The notes beneath the pieces were generated by a model that saw only the letters and a program-made list of their open reading frames with translations, was not told where the DNA came from and made no database searches. A program made the translations under genes and the position numbers. A stretch of 63,847 bases of DNA, filler included, from Psammoneis japonica (taxonomy: Eukaryota), in assembly GCA_008632985.1 (NCBI GenBank). It is 5 parts of 5 records of this genome, joined end to end, with 100 filler letters (N's around TTAATTAATTAA, not from the genome) between each part and the next. Parts side by side here need not be neighbours in the genome. Positions count along the whole stretch, not along the records: positions 1 to 14,931 come from QPGO01000494.1; positions 15,032 to 29,374 come from QPGO01000497.1; 3 more parts are not named here. One strand, 5' to 3'. Positions 13,648-26,061 of the stretch are shown here, one piece after another (position 1 is the stretch's first letter; each line of letters starts with the position of its first letter).

Positions 13648-14931
13648 AGAATGGGGAGGTCACATCCAAACCCCTTGCCATCATTGCCAAGGACGACCCC
13701 ATAACCTGTGCCATCTACGCGCGTGAGCACGGCCTTCTAGACACCGAAGGATGGAGATGTTTTCACAAGATAGCCCTTCGCCAGAAGAAGCCATTCCGCA
13801 TGGCCAACCAAGCCAAGTTACGCTCCTTTCGCACTGCGCCACGATGCAAGTGCGGGCATGAAGTGCCACGGGACTACAAGCATGCCATGGCCCTTGATGA
13901 GCGCAACAGCAACCGCAAGTGGGGAGACGCAACGGACCTCAAGATGACTCAGCTTGATGAGTGCGAGGTCTTCCACGACTGCGGACACCACAAGGACTCC
14001 AGTGCCCCATCAGGACACAAGTGGATCCGGGTGCATCTCGTCTGTGACGTCAAACATGATGGACAGCACAAAGCAAGGATTGTTGCCGATGGACACCTCA
14101 CAGACGTGCCCGTTGACAGTGTCTGTTCTGGAGCAGTGTCCCTCCGTGGCCTGCGAATGATGATCTTCCTCACCAAACTCAATGAACTAGAGACCTGGGC
14201 CACTGACATTGGGAATGCCCACCTCGAAGCTACGACCAAGGAGAAACTGTACATCGTAGCAGGCCCCGAGTTCGGCGCCCTGGAAGGACACATCCTTGTC
14301 ATCCACAAGGCCTTGTACGGACTCCGCAGCTCCGGCCTCAGATGGCATGAATGCTTTGCCAATTGCTTGCGTGCTGAAGGCTTCTTCCCATGCAAAGCCG
14401 AACCTGACATCTTGCTGCGTAGGAATGGTGACCACTGCGAATACGTGGCAGTGTATGTGGACAACCTAGCCTTTGCCATGAAGGACCCCCAGGCTTTTGC
14501 AGACACCCTCATGGAGAAATACAAGTTCAAGCTCAAGGGCACTGGACCATTGGAGTTCCATCTTGGCTGTGACTTCACCCGTGACCCAGACGGCACCCTG
14601 TGCCTTGCCCCCCGCAAGTACATTGAGCGCATGGTTGACAACTACGCGCGCCTCTTTGGGGAGAAGCCCCGCACTGATGTGCTTTCACCCCTTGACAAGG
14701 GTGACCACCCTGAGCTCGACACCTCCAAATTACTCAAACCGGAGGGCATCCACCAATTCCAATCCTTGATTGGATCCCTGCAATGGGCCGTATCTCTGGG
14801 TCGCATTGACATTACTGTGGCTGTCATGTCCCTGTCTAGCTTCCATGCAGCGCCCCGTCAAGGCCACCTAGACCATGCCAAATGCATCTGCGGATTCCTC
14901 TCCAAGATGCGTCATGGCACCCTCCGAGTGC

Positions 14932-15031
14932 NNNNNNNNNNNNNNNNNNNNNNNNNNNNNNNNNNNNNNNNNNNNTTAATTAATTAANNNNNNNNNNNNN
15001 NNNNNNNNNNNNNNNNNNNNNNNNNNNNNNN
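14932..15031. other. Assembly gap (N44-TTAATTAATTAA-N44 linker)
   Basis: The same artificial six-frame-stop spacer occurs at all four gaps. Confidence 0.98.
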
Positions 15032-15279
15032 CACCAAACGACAACTGTGACCCATGTGAAACGTGGGCTGAGCATGCAAAATTTGTCTCAGACAAAGACT
15101 GCATTGCCTTGCAAGAACAGTTTCAGCATTTTTGCTGCAAAGGGGCCATGCCAAAAGTTGCTCCTTGTGTGCCGACTTGGCAATGCCACAAGTGAATGTG
15201 ATTGAGAATGAGCCCATTGCAGCAGGTGACAAAACTCACAACTTTTGTTGAAACTTGCGGTTTGATGCAGTGACAAAGT

Positions 15280-16480
15280 TTGATGCCGACCAGTGCACCG
15301 ATCTCAAACAACAAAATGGAGACTTTTTTTGTGACTGCTCAAAAGTGGAACCACCAGAAGGTTGTGGAGAATGTCCCCTTTGCCCCAAAGGATCAGTGCT
15401 TTTGTGGCTCGTGCAATTTGGAATCATCTGCTCTTTGTACAAGCAACAAAGAGTGTAGGACATGTTGCAAAGATGTCAAACCACCAGGATGTTTTCTGTG
15501 CCCAAATCAAGGCAAGTTCAAAAGGTGCTTTAATTTTCCCATTGCTCTTTCTGCTGGGGCATCCCACAACTCTTGCATGGATTTTTTCAGGGACACGCTG
15601 GCCAATTGCGATGAGGCTCAATGCGCAGACTTGGAAAGCTCTGGTGCATCATTTCTTTGTGGCTGCGAGGGAGCAACCAATCCTCCTCTAGGAAATGGCA
15701 ACTGCGGCCTGCATCTTTGTCCAGAGGGAGTGGAGCTCTGGAGTGACTTTTTCCAGTTTGGCAAAAATCCATTTGTGAGCTCATGTGGTGATGCCAATGC
15801 CGAATCAGCGCATGTTCCCGACGATGGATGCAAGAGCTTTTTAGACAGCTTTTGGCCGTTTTGTTGCCAAGGCTCTGAGCGCAGAGGCTGTTTCCTTTGT
15901 CCCAGTGGAAACCGCCCCATTGTTGCTTGCATCAATGGGGGGACATCCATCACTGTCAGGAATTTCACAACTTCCAGCTGCCAAGAGTTAGATCAGAAAG
16001 CCGCTTTGTCCTTCACACCCGAGCAGTGTCAAGAACTTGCATCCTCAGATGCTGCTTCACAATGTGGCTGTTGGGAGAGTGTTGCTTTGGTGACTCCTTC
16101 ACCCACAATGCCTGCCCCAACTGCTTCAAAGCCAACAACATTGCCACCTTCTGCTCCAGTTCCAACAACCGCCATCCCGACCACCTTCTTGCCAATGACA
16201 CCTGCTCCAACCACAGACACGCCAGAAACTGCGTTCCCCTCTGCTCCAGTTCCAGCAACACTGATCCCATCCACCCTCTCCCCAACAATGCCCGAACCAA
16301 CTGCTGCTTTTCAGCCAGTGGCGACTGAGCCCCCTGCACCCTCTGCTCAAGCAGCAAACACAACGGGCTCTCCCACCACGCCAGCGACTCCGCCTTCTGC
16401 CACTCTGTTGCCAACAACTTCTCATGCTCTTGCTGTTTTGTCCATGGTGGCAATTCAGTTGATCCTTGTTCCTTGTTGGG
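15280..16480 (+). pseudogene. TpA-eroded Cys-rich surface-protein gene with Pro/Thr-rich stalk and hydrophobic C-terminus
   Basis: Repeated CFLCP.G...C modules, PT/PAPT repeats (16090-16410) and a hydrophobic tail ALAVLSMVAIQLILV. No Tyr in the 518-aa ORF. 5' end is frameshifted. Confidence 0.55.
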
Positions 16481-16883
16481 TGGTGCAAATTTCCATGCAG
16501 AAAGTTCACCATGTCGAACATGGGATTGTGACCAAGTTCACCCAGCTCCAACAAGTGCAAACATTGGAATTTGCAGCCACTGTTCCTTTTAATTTAATCA
16601 ATTCAAGTGTCATCGGACTGTCATCCACTCCTTGGCAATCTGCATCTCCAAATGCCTCAGCATCATCAGGGTCTGGGATTGGGGAAATCACAACGTTCAC
16701 TCCACCCGGAGTGGCAGGATGGAGGCCACCACTGATGGATGCACCTCCGTGGGATTGCACCTGTAAATCGCAAGTGCCCACCGCTGCTTTGTGCACACAG
16801 ACCCACTTGTCATCCGTCACACTGACAGCACAATGACGCTCCATTGGGCCACCTGGACATTGCATCTGTGCCAAGGACAAGTC

Positions 16884-17680
16884 TCATCTAAGGTCTTGCT
16901 CATCCCTGCCCTGGAGCTGTCCTGTTGCCAGAGTGCGACGACAGAGCTGCGCTCCCTCGCGATTCTCTCCCAACAAACAGCAGGCTGCCACAGCCCGCTT
17001 GATGTGACCAGCATTCTCTGGATCACGTTCCATTGATGCCATGGCAGCACGGTGATGCACCTCGAGTCTTGGTCCATCACCCAAATCAACATCAATGGCT
17101 CCAGCACGGGCACATCTGCACACTCCCACCAAGGCTTCAATGGACAATTCCCGGTGTTGCGGCATGTCCGTGCTAATTTGGAGCGCCCACTTGAGCACTT
17201 CCTCTGGATTTCTTTCGGCCTTGCAGCACATGCAACACGTGTCATACCTTGACTCATTGATCTTTGGACAATTGGCCGGGAGAGTTGGTGTGACTTTTCG
17301 TGCGATGGACCACGCTTCCTTGGGTCGCTTTGCAACTTCACGCAACAAATTGGCATGGGTTAAGCTCATTTTAGCATCCTCTGGCCATCGCTCATGGCAT
17401 GCCGCGAACCAAAACATTGCCTCCTCATGTTTTCCGTTGTGAAACGCTTGTGCGGCATGCCGCTGGGCTGTGTCCTTGCACAAGTCACATTTCTGGTTCG
17501 ACTTCTTTCGCAAGTTTTCACCCTTGATGCAACGCGTCAAGGGTGGATTGACCAAATGGGCCTGTGGCGACAAACATGTCTGCAGTGCTCGCCTCTGGTT
17601 TGTCGACAAGCAGTGCATGGACAAGCACCGGGTGTCGTTGCACATTGTTTGAGTCGGGCGACGGACTGTTGAGAATGACA
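16884..17680 (-). pseudogene. Possible TpA-eroded TPR/HAT-repeat protein fragment
   Basis: Helical-repeat-like pattern EEAMFWF..CHERWPEDAKM.L..ANL; TA-poor DNA. Confidence 0.3.
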
Positions 17681-17787
17681 ATAACAGGTGCAGCACCGGT
17701 ATGATGGCCATGAACCCGACAGCGGCGCTTTGTTGAACCCACACAACATCTTTCGACCAATAACTACCCTCTACTTACTGTTCCATC

Positions 17788-20359
17788 ATGACTGACTCCA
17801 ACAAGAACGACTCTCTGTCGTCGTATCAACGCCCATCGCCGCTGTTGGAACGCTTGATGCAACCCCAGAAGAACCCGTCTCTGACTCTTTCGTCCAACAA
17901 AGAATGGATCGCCTTTGCCGACGAGCCACCGCTGCCGTCCATTTCGGATCTAGCACCGCCAGAAGAAAAGTTGGCGGGTCTTCGGTTTCATCCTGAGCTC
18001 TTGACACGATCCCGTTTGGAATGGGCGACGGGTCTCACTCTGCAACACTTGGAAACGGGCCACCGCATAGACGTGCCAATGCCCGAAAATGCAGAGGGGA
18101 TTCGGTATATTCGATTCAATCCAAAGTGTTATCAGACTAACGACGATAGTGACGTTCAGCAAGAATTTTTTTCTTGTTTGCAAAGTCAAGGACGAAAAAT
18201 CGTCGACTCCAAGATTGGAATTGCATCGCGGTCAACTTACAGGACGTGATGTAGGTTCGTGGCGGTGGAGCATGACTTGTATGGATTCTCTATTGCCATT
18301 CAAATTAAATTTGATTCAAGGATGCCCTTTTCAGTTTACGAGTAATGGGAGTTTTCTGTTGGTGGACGTGGTTCCTCAATATCACCCGTCAGATCCACCG
18401 CCCACGCCTCTTTCGGTGGGTCCGGCCATTCAACAAGTACAAAAGGGTGCTCGCAAGGCGCCCGGACGCACCTATCAAGATTTGCTGCAAAATCAACATG
18501 ATCAAGACAAATTAAAGTATTATGTAACGACTGAAGTCGTGAAAGTGCCTTTGGAAAATGATGCTGATGATTCCGTGCAAGTTCTGCCGCAATCGGTGGG
18601 TGGTCGCCTGTTTCAGAGTTTTTCGTGCAGTCCAAACGGACGCTTTCTCTTGGTTCAACGTGTCAATCCTGAGTTGTTGTCCTACTCGGTCCCGTACAGT
18701 CGATTCGGCAAAATTGTAGAGCTCTGGGATTTGCATTCTTCTCAGAGCATCACGGTGGCCTCCTTGCCCGTGGACGATGAAATCCCACTGAGCTACGATG
18801 CCTGTTCTCGTCATGTTCGGCGATTTCGGTTTCATCCCCTTGATGATTCTACCATTCTTTATGCCCATGCCTTGGATGGCGGGGATCCGGCTCGTGAGGT
18901 TGAGGATGGCGACTTTCGGGATGCCTTGTACACGCGCAATCTTTAAGTGGACGACGACGACGGCACGATGGTATTGTATGATCCGATTCAACTGGTGGGT
19001 CTAGAGTGGCGTTATGACGATGTCGATTTTACCAAATCGGGTTTGATTGTCGTGGATGAATATCGTTGGAAGGATCGCATGGAGCGCAAATGGAAAGCTT
19101 CAAGTGATGGAACCAAGACTTTGGTGTGGGAACGATCGTGGGAGGATCGTTACACGTCCCCGGGGGCACCCGTCACCAGACTGGGTCCAAGGGGCCAATC
19201 GTTCATTGTGGAACCAGAACCTCATGTCATTTTCCTCAAGGGAGCCGGAGCGTCTCCCTTGGGTGATCGTCCCTTCTTGGATAGACGGCGCCTGGATACG
19301 GGTGCGACCGAACGTCTTTGGCGGTGCAAGGCTCCAAAAGAAGGAGATATTCCCGACGTTTCCTTGGAAGTGGGTGGTGTTGCACCGACGGACCGTGACG
19401 ATGTGTTTGAATCGGTTGTCATTTTACTGCCGGATAACGAACGTGTGCTCATGAGTCGAGAAAGCAAAAGGACGCCAAGAAACTACTATCTCACGTCGCT
19501 CAAGGATCTCAGCGACCAAGTTACTGTAACTACCTTTCCGCATCCCCAAGTTGACTTGCTGGGTGTGACTAAAGAATTGGTCACGTATGAACGCAATGAT
19601 GGTGTCACCCTGACAGCCAATCTGTATTTGCCCAAGGACTATGACGGCACACCACGACCAACGCTCTTTTGGGCGTATCCTCGAGAGTTCAAGAATTCAA
19701 AGGCTGCCGGACAAGTCAAGGGGAGCAAACACAGGTTTGTATCGGCGTCGTGGGCATCGCCGGTTCATTGGGCAGCCAAGGGATGGGTCAATATGGATGA
19801 CTTTGCGCTTCCAGTTATTGGAGAGGGCGAAGCACAACCCAACGATAACTTTGTTGATCAAATTGTGTCGGGCGCCACAGCTGCCGTCGAGTATGTAACC
19901 AAGAGTGGTGTTTGCGATCCAACGAAATGTGCAGTGGGTGGTCATTCTTATGGGAGCTTCATGACGTCCCATTTGCTCTCGCACACGAGTCTATTTGCGG
20001 CTGGCATTGGTCGCAGCGGAGCCTTTAATCGAACCTTGACTCCCATGTCGTTTCAATCCGAAGACCGCAGCATGTGGGAAGCACCCGACACATACATCAA
20101 CATGTCGCCCTTGATGCACGTCGAGAAGTATTCCAAACAAGACCGTGTCGGAAAACTCTTGTTGATTCACGGGAAGAACGATGAGAACAGTGGAACACAT
20201 CCAATGCAGTCTGAGCGATACTTTTCCACCTTGAAGGCTTCTGGAATTGAATCGCGACTCTGCATGTTGTCGCATGAGCGACACTCCTATCGGGCCAAGG
20301 AATCTATTTTGCACATGGCGTGGGAACAAGAAACATGGCTGGCGAGTTTGGAAGAATAA
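17788..20359 (+). CDS. S9-family peptidase (glutamyl endopeptidase/prolyl-oligopeptidase-like), with one frameshift and one in-frame TAA
   Basis: Catalytic GGHSYG, RSGAFNRTLTP..FQSE.R..WEA, LLIHG..DENSGT..MQSERY, HERHSY. The frame is broken at a 7-T run (~18166-18172) and at TAA 18944-18946. Normal TA content. Confidence 0.85.
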
Positions 20360-20594
20360 ACGTCCACTAGAGACTACACCACCTCTATCTACTAGAGGAT
20401 TCTGATATCCAATATTACAGAGTGCATCTCTTAGATTTTCTTTGTTTATGTATGACCGCAGGGTGCGTGTGAGCAGTGTCACACCATGCCAGAGCGCGTG
20501 TCACGCTCGAATTTTTTTCTGGGGCATCCACGACTAACCTGCTTCCGAGCATCGCACCATCACCACAAACACACCGGTCTTGACACTTGCGACG

Positions 20595-22724
20595 ATGGGA
20601 ATCAAAGACCTTTGGAAGGAGGCACTTGGAGCAATCAACACTGCACCATCTGTGCCCTTTGGTGTTGCTAAAGACACCATTGTTGGAGTCGATTTGTCGG
20701 TGTGGCTTCACAAAAACTGTCACAGCAAGCGCGACGAAGGCATCGCGCAATGTTTGATGTCGCAGCCGCCGCATCCACCGACTGGGCTGCTGTCGTCTCT
20801 TCAGTCCATGCATCACAAACTCGTTTCTGATGGCATTGTGCCGCATTGTGTATTTGATGGATGTCGTCATCCTATGAAGAGTGTTGCTCGAGCCGCGCGT
20901 GACAAAAAGATGGTCAAAGCTCGAGATTGGATGCAGGACTTTGTCAGCCGGGCGAAGGCTAAAGAGCCGGTGACAGAACAAGATCGTTTGACGGCTTCAT
21001 CGAAGATTCGTGATCTGTGTAATCCCGATGCCAGTGCAACATCATGCTTGACAAAGGAGTGGATGGAGCCAGAAGGTGTGAAGCACGAGTGTGCTCCTTT
21101 TGAGGCGGAACATCAGCTTGTTAAAATGGAGGCGGAAGGTCGGATTGATGGAGTTATGACTGAAGATGGAGATGCAACAATTCTGGGTGCAAAAATTGTT
21201 TACTTTAAGGTTGACCTGCGAAATGGAAAGTGGAAAGTGTGCAAAAGGGACGCGTTGCCAGATCAATGTCCTGTGTCCAAATGCAAACTTGAAGACTGGG
21301 CGGCCATTGCTAATTTGCTTGGATCCGATTACAACAAAAGAATTGACAACGTTGGGTTCTCACGTACATTCACCAAGACACTTCCTGGGTGAACAGATTT
21401 CTCAGGCAAAGCTTTGGAGAACGCGATCAGAGAGGAATTTCCCTCGTTGGTGTCTGGAACACCTCCTGACTGTGCCAGCAGATTTGATCGTGCGGTTTCT
21501 CTCTTCAGGCATTGTCCTGTGCTCAATGCTGAGGGAAAGCTGGTGCCACTTGATGCATTGAAACTGACAGAATGTGGTGCTTGGGGTTCCATTGTTGGTT
21601 TCGGGAAACCAGATCCGGCAGATCTGCTGCCAGCTGCAGTGGCACACCATCAAAGGGCACGGCGATTCGATGGTCCAACATTCTTGACTGGGCAACCTTT
21701 GCAAGAGTTTCCCACTCCAAAGTGTGGCACAGCAGAGAATGATGAGGCAGTGAATCAAGTGCTTCTGCAGTTTGCGCGTTTGAATTTTGATCTGGTGCCG
21801 GTGGAGTGTGTCACAACCGATGTGCTTCAATGTTGGATTGCTGCACGACGTGGACACCCAGAGACAGGTGACCGTGATGCAGTCGAGGCAACCGCATCTC
21901 ATCTTAGACTTCACCACACACAAGTGTTGGAACCTGAAAAGGTTCCTGTTCAGATTGGGTGATGGCCAGTTCATGAGGTGCTCGAACCAGCGGGTGCATC
22001 TGAGGGTTGGGATCATGCGTGCCACCTTGAAAAAGTTCGTGAATTGGAGTCCTGCAATGGCTTGGCACTAGAACGTTTCTGTCCAAATGGCAATGAACAC
22101 AATCTTCAATGTGGGCTTCTGTTGCTTGACAGTGGAAGTTTGCTCGTGGATGCCATTCAATTTGAGTGGTTTCGGGCTCTTGCGGATGGTGCGCTCATTT
22201 GGCTCTTCAAGTTGTGCTGCATTCCTTCTCTGAAAACTGACGTTGTGTCATCCAACTTGGAATCTTCTAAAAAGAAGAAGACACAAAAGGGATGCACACT
22301 GCATGTTGGCTTTGATGAAGATGCAAAGAAATTTCTTCAGCACCCTTTTTCATGCTGTGGCTGTCATGATGGAAGAGGAATGTGCTCTCATGTGATTGCA
22401 ACACTGTCAATGTTCCGACAAATTCAAAGGTGTTGCAGCAGAGACATTTTTGAAATGGCAATGCCTGAGTTGCCACTTGATCAATTCCCAATGCCAATTG
22501 AACAACTCGCGTTTCAAGAGACAACAAACCGTGTGGTGGCCCGAGCAGCTTTCTCAGATGGAAACAAGAGACATGAATGGCAACTGCAACAACAACAACA
22601 ACAACAAGAGCCAAAAAACCAATGCCAAGAACAAACATCAACCAACAAATCGCAGGCAACCTCCTCCTCTAGCTCCTGGCTAGACAACCCCAACTGGCCA
22701 TTCCACCAAATTTGCGAGAGCTAA
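20595..22724 (+). pseudogene. XPG/FEN1/EXO1-family nuclease fused to SAP-like and SWIM zinc-finger regions (transposon ORF, interrupted by stops)
   Basis: MGIKDLW..GVDLSVWLH; VFDG..HPMK; APFEAEHQL..M..EG.IDGVMTEDGDA..LGAK; LLGSDY..I..VG (XPG-N/I and H3TH). Then TTDVLQCWIAARRGHPETGDR (SAP-like) and CGC.DGRGMCSHV.A.L (SWIM). Confidence 0.75.
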
Positions 22725-22740
22725 AAAAACCAGCGACCGC

Positions 22741-23133
22741 AGCGGCATTGAAATAAAAGCAACTCCGTTAGAAAGCTCTTGTCCCATGCACAAAGTTGTT
22801 GCCATTGAACGTCCCACAATTCCAAACACTGCTAAAGCAACGATGAGTTGAGCAAATCACAGCAGGATTTTGGCATGCAACTGTGGGTCGTTTGGACATC
22901 TGAGTGCCGATTCGGATCTGCCAGGTGCATGGAAATAAAAGCAACTCCATTAAAACGCTGTTGTTCTGCACACAATGTCATTGCCATTGAATGTCCCACA
23001 ACCCCAAATGCTTCTAAAGCAATGATGAGTTGAGCAAATTGCACTGGGATTTTGGCGCACAACTGCGGGTCGTTTGGCTGTCTGAGTGCCGATTCGGATC
23101 TAGCAGCGGCATGGAAATAAAAGTGACTCCATT
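22741..23133. repeat. ~182-bp tandem repeat (2 units + partial) between the convergent transposon genes
   Basis: Units start AG.GGCAT.GAAATAAAAG at ~22741, ~22923 and ~23105, and share GAGTGCCGATTCGGATCT. Confidence 0.85.
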
Positions 23134-25694
23134 TTTAAACCCCAGTCACTCCAGTGGTCGCCTGGGAGACCACTGTTCCCACCTGGCTTGTGGAGTGGCA
23201 ACCCAAGGTTCATTTCTGCATGGCCCAGTTCCAGCATGCAGGGCACGAGACAGAGATTCTCCATTGGAACATTGTCTCTGAGCCCCGAAACTGACACCAG
23301 CCTTGCGAAGGCTGCTTCTGTAGGACATCTTGCCTGGCACAGATCATGCTTGTCAGGCAGTTCCAAAACATCACACTGCTTTGCTTCTCGAGTGCGCAAA
23401 ACACGAGGCGTGCGAATTCCATTCATGCGCGGAAACAAGCGTTCGATTTTCTCAAAACCTTTGTCGCCAAGTCCTTCTGTGTCACGTGGCATTTTACAGA
23501 GACGCAAGAAAACATCTGGTGGTGACTCATTCTCTGGTGTGTGATCCACAGGAGTTAATTTGCTGCCCATCCAATGAAGCAGATCCCATCGAAACTCTTT
23601 GGTCATTTCAAGACATGCACTGAACATGCATTGCCGCAGCATCTTGCAATCATGGAGTCGATGCAAACGTTAAAACAATTCAAGTTGTTGCAAAAACGAC
23701 TCCGGCAGAATTTTGTGGAGACAAACTGAGAGCTTTCTGGCTCACATCTTGCATGTGTTGCTTGTCTTCTCGAAGCATGGAAGTGACTTTGTCACTCCCA
23801 GCTTCTCGAAGCTTGGCTGTGTGCTCCATCAATGTGACTCATTCTCAATCCATGCATCTGCCATTTCAATTGTCACGTCACATGTTGAGGTTACAATGGG
23901 AGCTGAATCTAATGGTGAAGAAGAATCAGATTCTGTGCTGCACTCGTCACTGTCTCCATCATTGGAATGGCTCATTGTGTCACTCCAGCTGCCATCAGAG
24001 CTGTCAGAGGCAAATTCTGAACCTGCACATGCGTCCAACAAATCAATCATTTCAGTCCCACCAGCACACTCACGTCTTTTTGGCTCATGGACAACCGGCA
24101 CATCCACCACAAGGTTGTCAAGCTCGTCCCCCGTCACCATGTCCGATCGCAAAGTCCAGCACATCAAGATCTCGTGCTGTGTGTGTTTTTTTGCATGATC
24201 TTTCCACTCTGCCACTGGAGCTTTTTCCTTGGGATAGGACCCAATGATTTCCACAATTTTGTTCTCTTCAGCGCGTCCTCCGCAGGCTCGAGTGTGCTCA
24301 AACGACAAAGCACAATTAGTCACAAAGTTGACCCACCGACATGCTGAGCAGCCCATCTTGTTGCTTTGCTCGTTTTGGCGTGCTGCATCATCTTTGCGTT
24401 TCATTTCACAAGGTGCATCCTTGCTGTCAAGCATGAATGAATTCCTGGTGAGATTCATTCTCTCAAACTCATCAGGCATCTCCTTAGAAAAATGCTCTCG
24501 AGGCATTGGAAGGATTGATGGAAACTCCCCGCAAGTGCCCCATCTTGGTGCCCACTGGTTCAAGCATTTCAGAATGCAAGTTCGTGATGCACCAAACTCT
24601 TGGCCAGTGATTTTCCACACTGGGCAGTGATGAATAAAACACTCAACAATCAACACCTGCTCGAACCGACTTGGGTGTTCTGGCTCGCACTGGAGTTTTC
24701 CGGTGCTCTCGTCAAGGTAGATTTCTGGGCACTCCAAAGGAACATCAAGAAAAAATGTTTGAACACAGAGCTTGAGCTCTTGAAATGTAGCACACCCAAA
24801 CATGTCTTTGTCTGCCTGCGGGTTGTTCTTGTGCCACGACGACGATGTCAGCTGGTGCCGTTTGGCGGCATTGCCATCAAGAAAATCCGCAGTGAGCTGC
24901 TCTACGTCCACTGATGAACAAGAATTTGATGATTGCTCAGGGTTTTGTGACAAGGTTGATTTCTTTCGTTTGCGACACTCTGCCACCCGCTTGCTTGTTT
25001 TCAGACCTTTCACGGTCTCCCGTGCAGTCGCAAGCGCCCTCTTCTGCATGGCCACTGCCGACGAGCCTGTTTGTTGTGACACATTTTCCTTGTTGGCACT
25101 CTCTCATTCTCTTTCGTTGACACAATCACCAAATGAATGCTTTTCATAAGATTCCTTGTAACTGTCAAGCTTTGCAAAAGCAGCTTGTTGTTTCCTCACC
25201 ATGCTCCTGCTGCTTCGGTGCGATTGCTTCATTTCGTCTTGAATTGAATTTCTTGGCACATTTGGGCAGAGAAAGAATCAAGTCTCATTGTTTTTTGATG
25301 TCAAAGAGAAGCATTTGTTGGGGTTGTGGGGTGAAAGCTTGGCAAGCTCTGCCGATCTCAATGGAGCAGAAGGCTTCTTGCCCTTGTCAAAGTGCGCCAT
25401 TTGCGGTGCCGTCCAATGGTGCCTGGCAACTGGAGCACACTTCAAATCACCCTTGTATTTGTCAATTCCAAGATTAATCAGCAAGGCGTCTTGAAACAAA
25501 GTGGACTTGTTGGAGTTGCCAGACAGATCCAGCCGTTTGCATCTGCCGGCATGCGGCTCAGCTTCTCCAGCTTCCGCACGAAGAGCGCAACAGCGCTGCG
25601 TTCGACGGCACTCCAAGCCCCAGCTACAAACACAACAATCATTCTCTTCCCCATGGTTTTGTTGTGTCAATGGAGTTGTCGGCGTGGATGCCAT
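23100..25694 (-). pseudogene. DDE_Tnp_4-type (Harbinger/ISL2EU) transposase with possible THAP-like N-terminus, decayed
   Basis: HTH-like QEFGASRTCILKCLNQW; catalytic-like FMLDSKD; S.K...S..RW; CGGRAEE; GLGDKGF...I.TP; ARCPTEAAFARL (cf. ARxxVERAxxRL). N-terminal CVCSWG..C...VARHHW. Confidence 0.7.
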
Positions 25695-26061
25695 TATCGA
25701 CGTATGCCACAGACGACTTGACGGGTCCGCCGTCCATTGTGTGGTGATGCAGCGTTTTCTGGTTTCAATCGTGGATGCCCCAGAAAATTTTTCGGAGCGT
25801 GACGTACGTCTACGGGAGTTTCTACGGGGCGTGACATTGCTTATCGTCTCGAAGGTGTTTTTGGTGTATGACATGTATACTGTAATAGCGTGTCCGTGTA
25901 ACGGAGTGGCGCGCAGAATCCGACGATAGCGGCGCGGCATACAGAACAAATTTTGACACGTGGCGAATCTTCACAACAAAATCTGGGACACTGCACTACT
26001 ACCGTATCACACAGATGACGAAGATGTAGCATGGCGGCTTTCGTAACGATGTAAATGAACA

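Larger units (their letters stand above)
9164..14931 (+). mobile_element. Ty1/copia (CoDi-like) LTR retrotransposon copy A, disrupted; 3' end lost in gap
   Basis: gag (FKRGIKRD, WHTFIIAQARSQ), protease ALVDRGANGG, integrase (ATDT..SDTPA, SDRAQVE, QNFAERRYQ), RT (HLV.DVKHDG.HKAR.VADGH, DIGNA.LEA, KALYGLRSSG, YVDNL). Carries frameshifts, an internal deletion near 11078 and a MITE insertion. Confidence 0.95.
20470..25843. mobile_element. TIR DNA transposon (PIF/Harbinger-ISL2EU-like) with two convergent genes
   Basis: Inverted repeat GTCACGCTC..GAA..TTTTCTGGGGCATCCACGA at 20500-20533 and 25769-25803, with a weaker outer match (20469-20485 / ~25827-25843). It encloses a DDE transposase (-) and an XPG-type nuclease gene (+). 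Exact termini and TSD are not resolved. Confidence 0.75.

Noticed and set aside
20595..22724. XPG-type nuclease as the enzyme causing the TpA mutations
   Set aside because: It lies inside a transposon, is itself mutated and interrupted, and its fold does not explain base-specific transitions.
22741..23133. CRISPR-like array
   Set aside because: Whole ~182-bp units are duplicated with no unique spacers; eukaryotic context, no cas genes.
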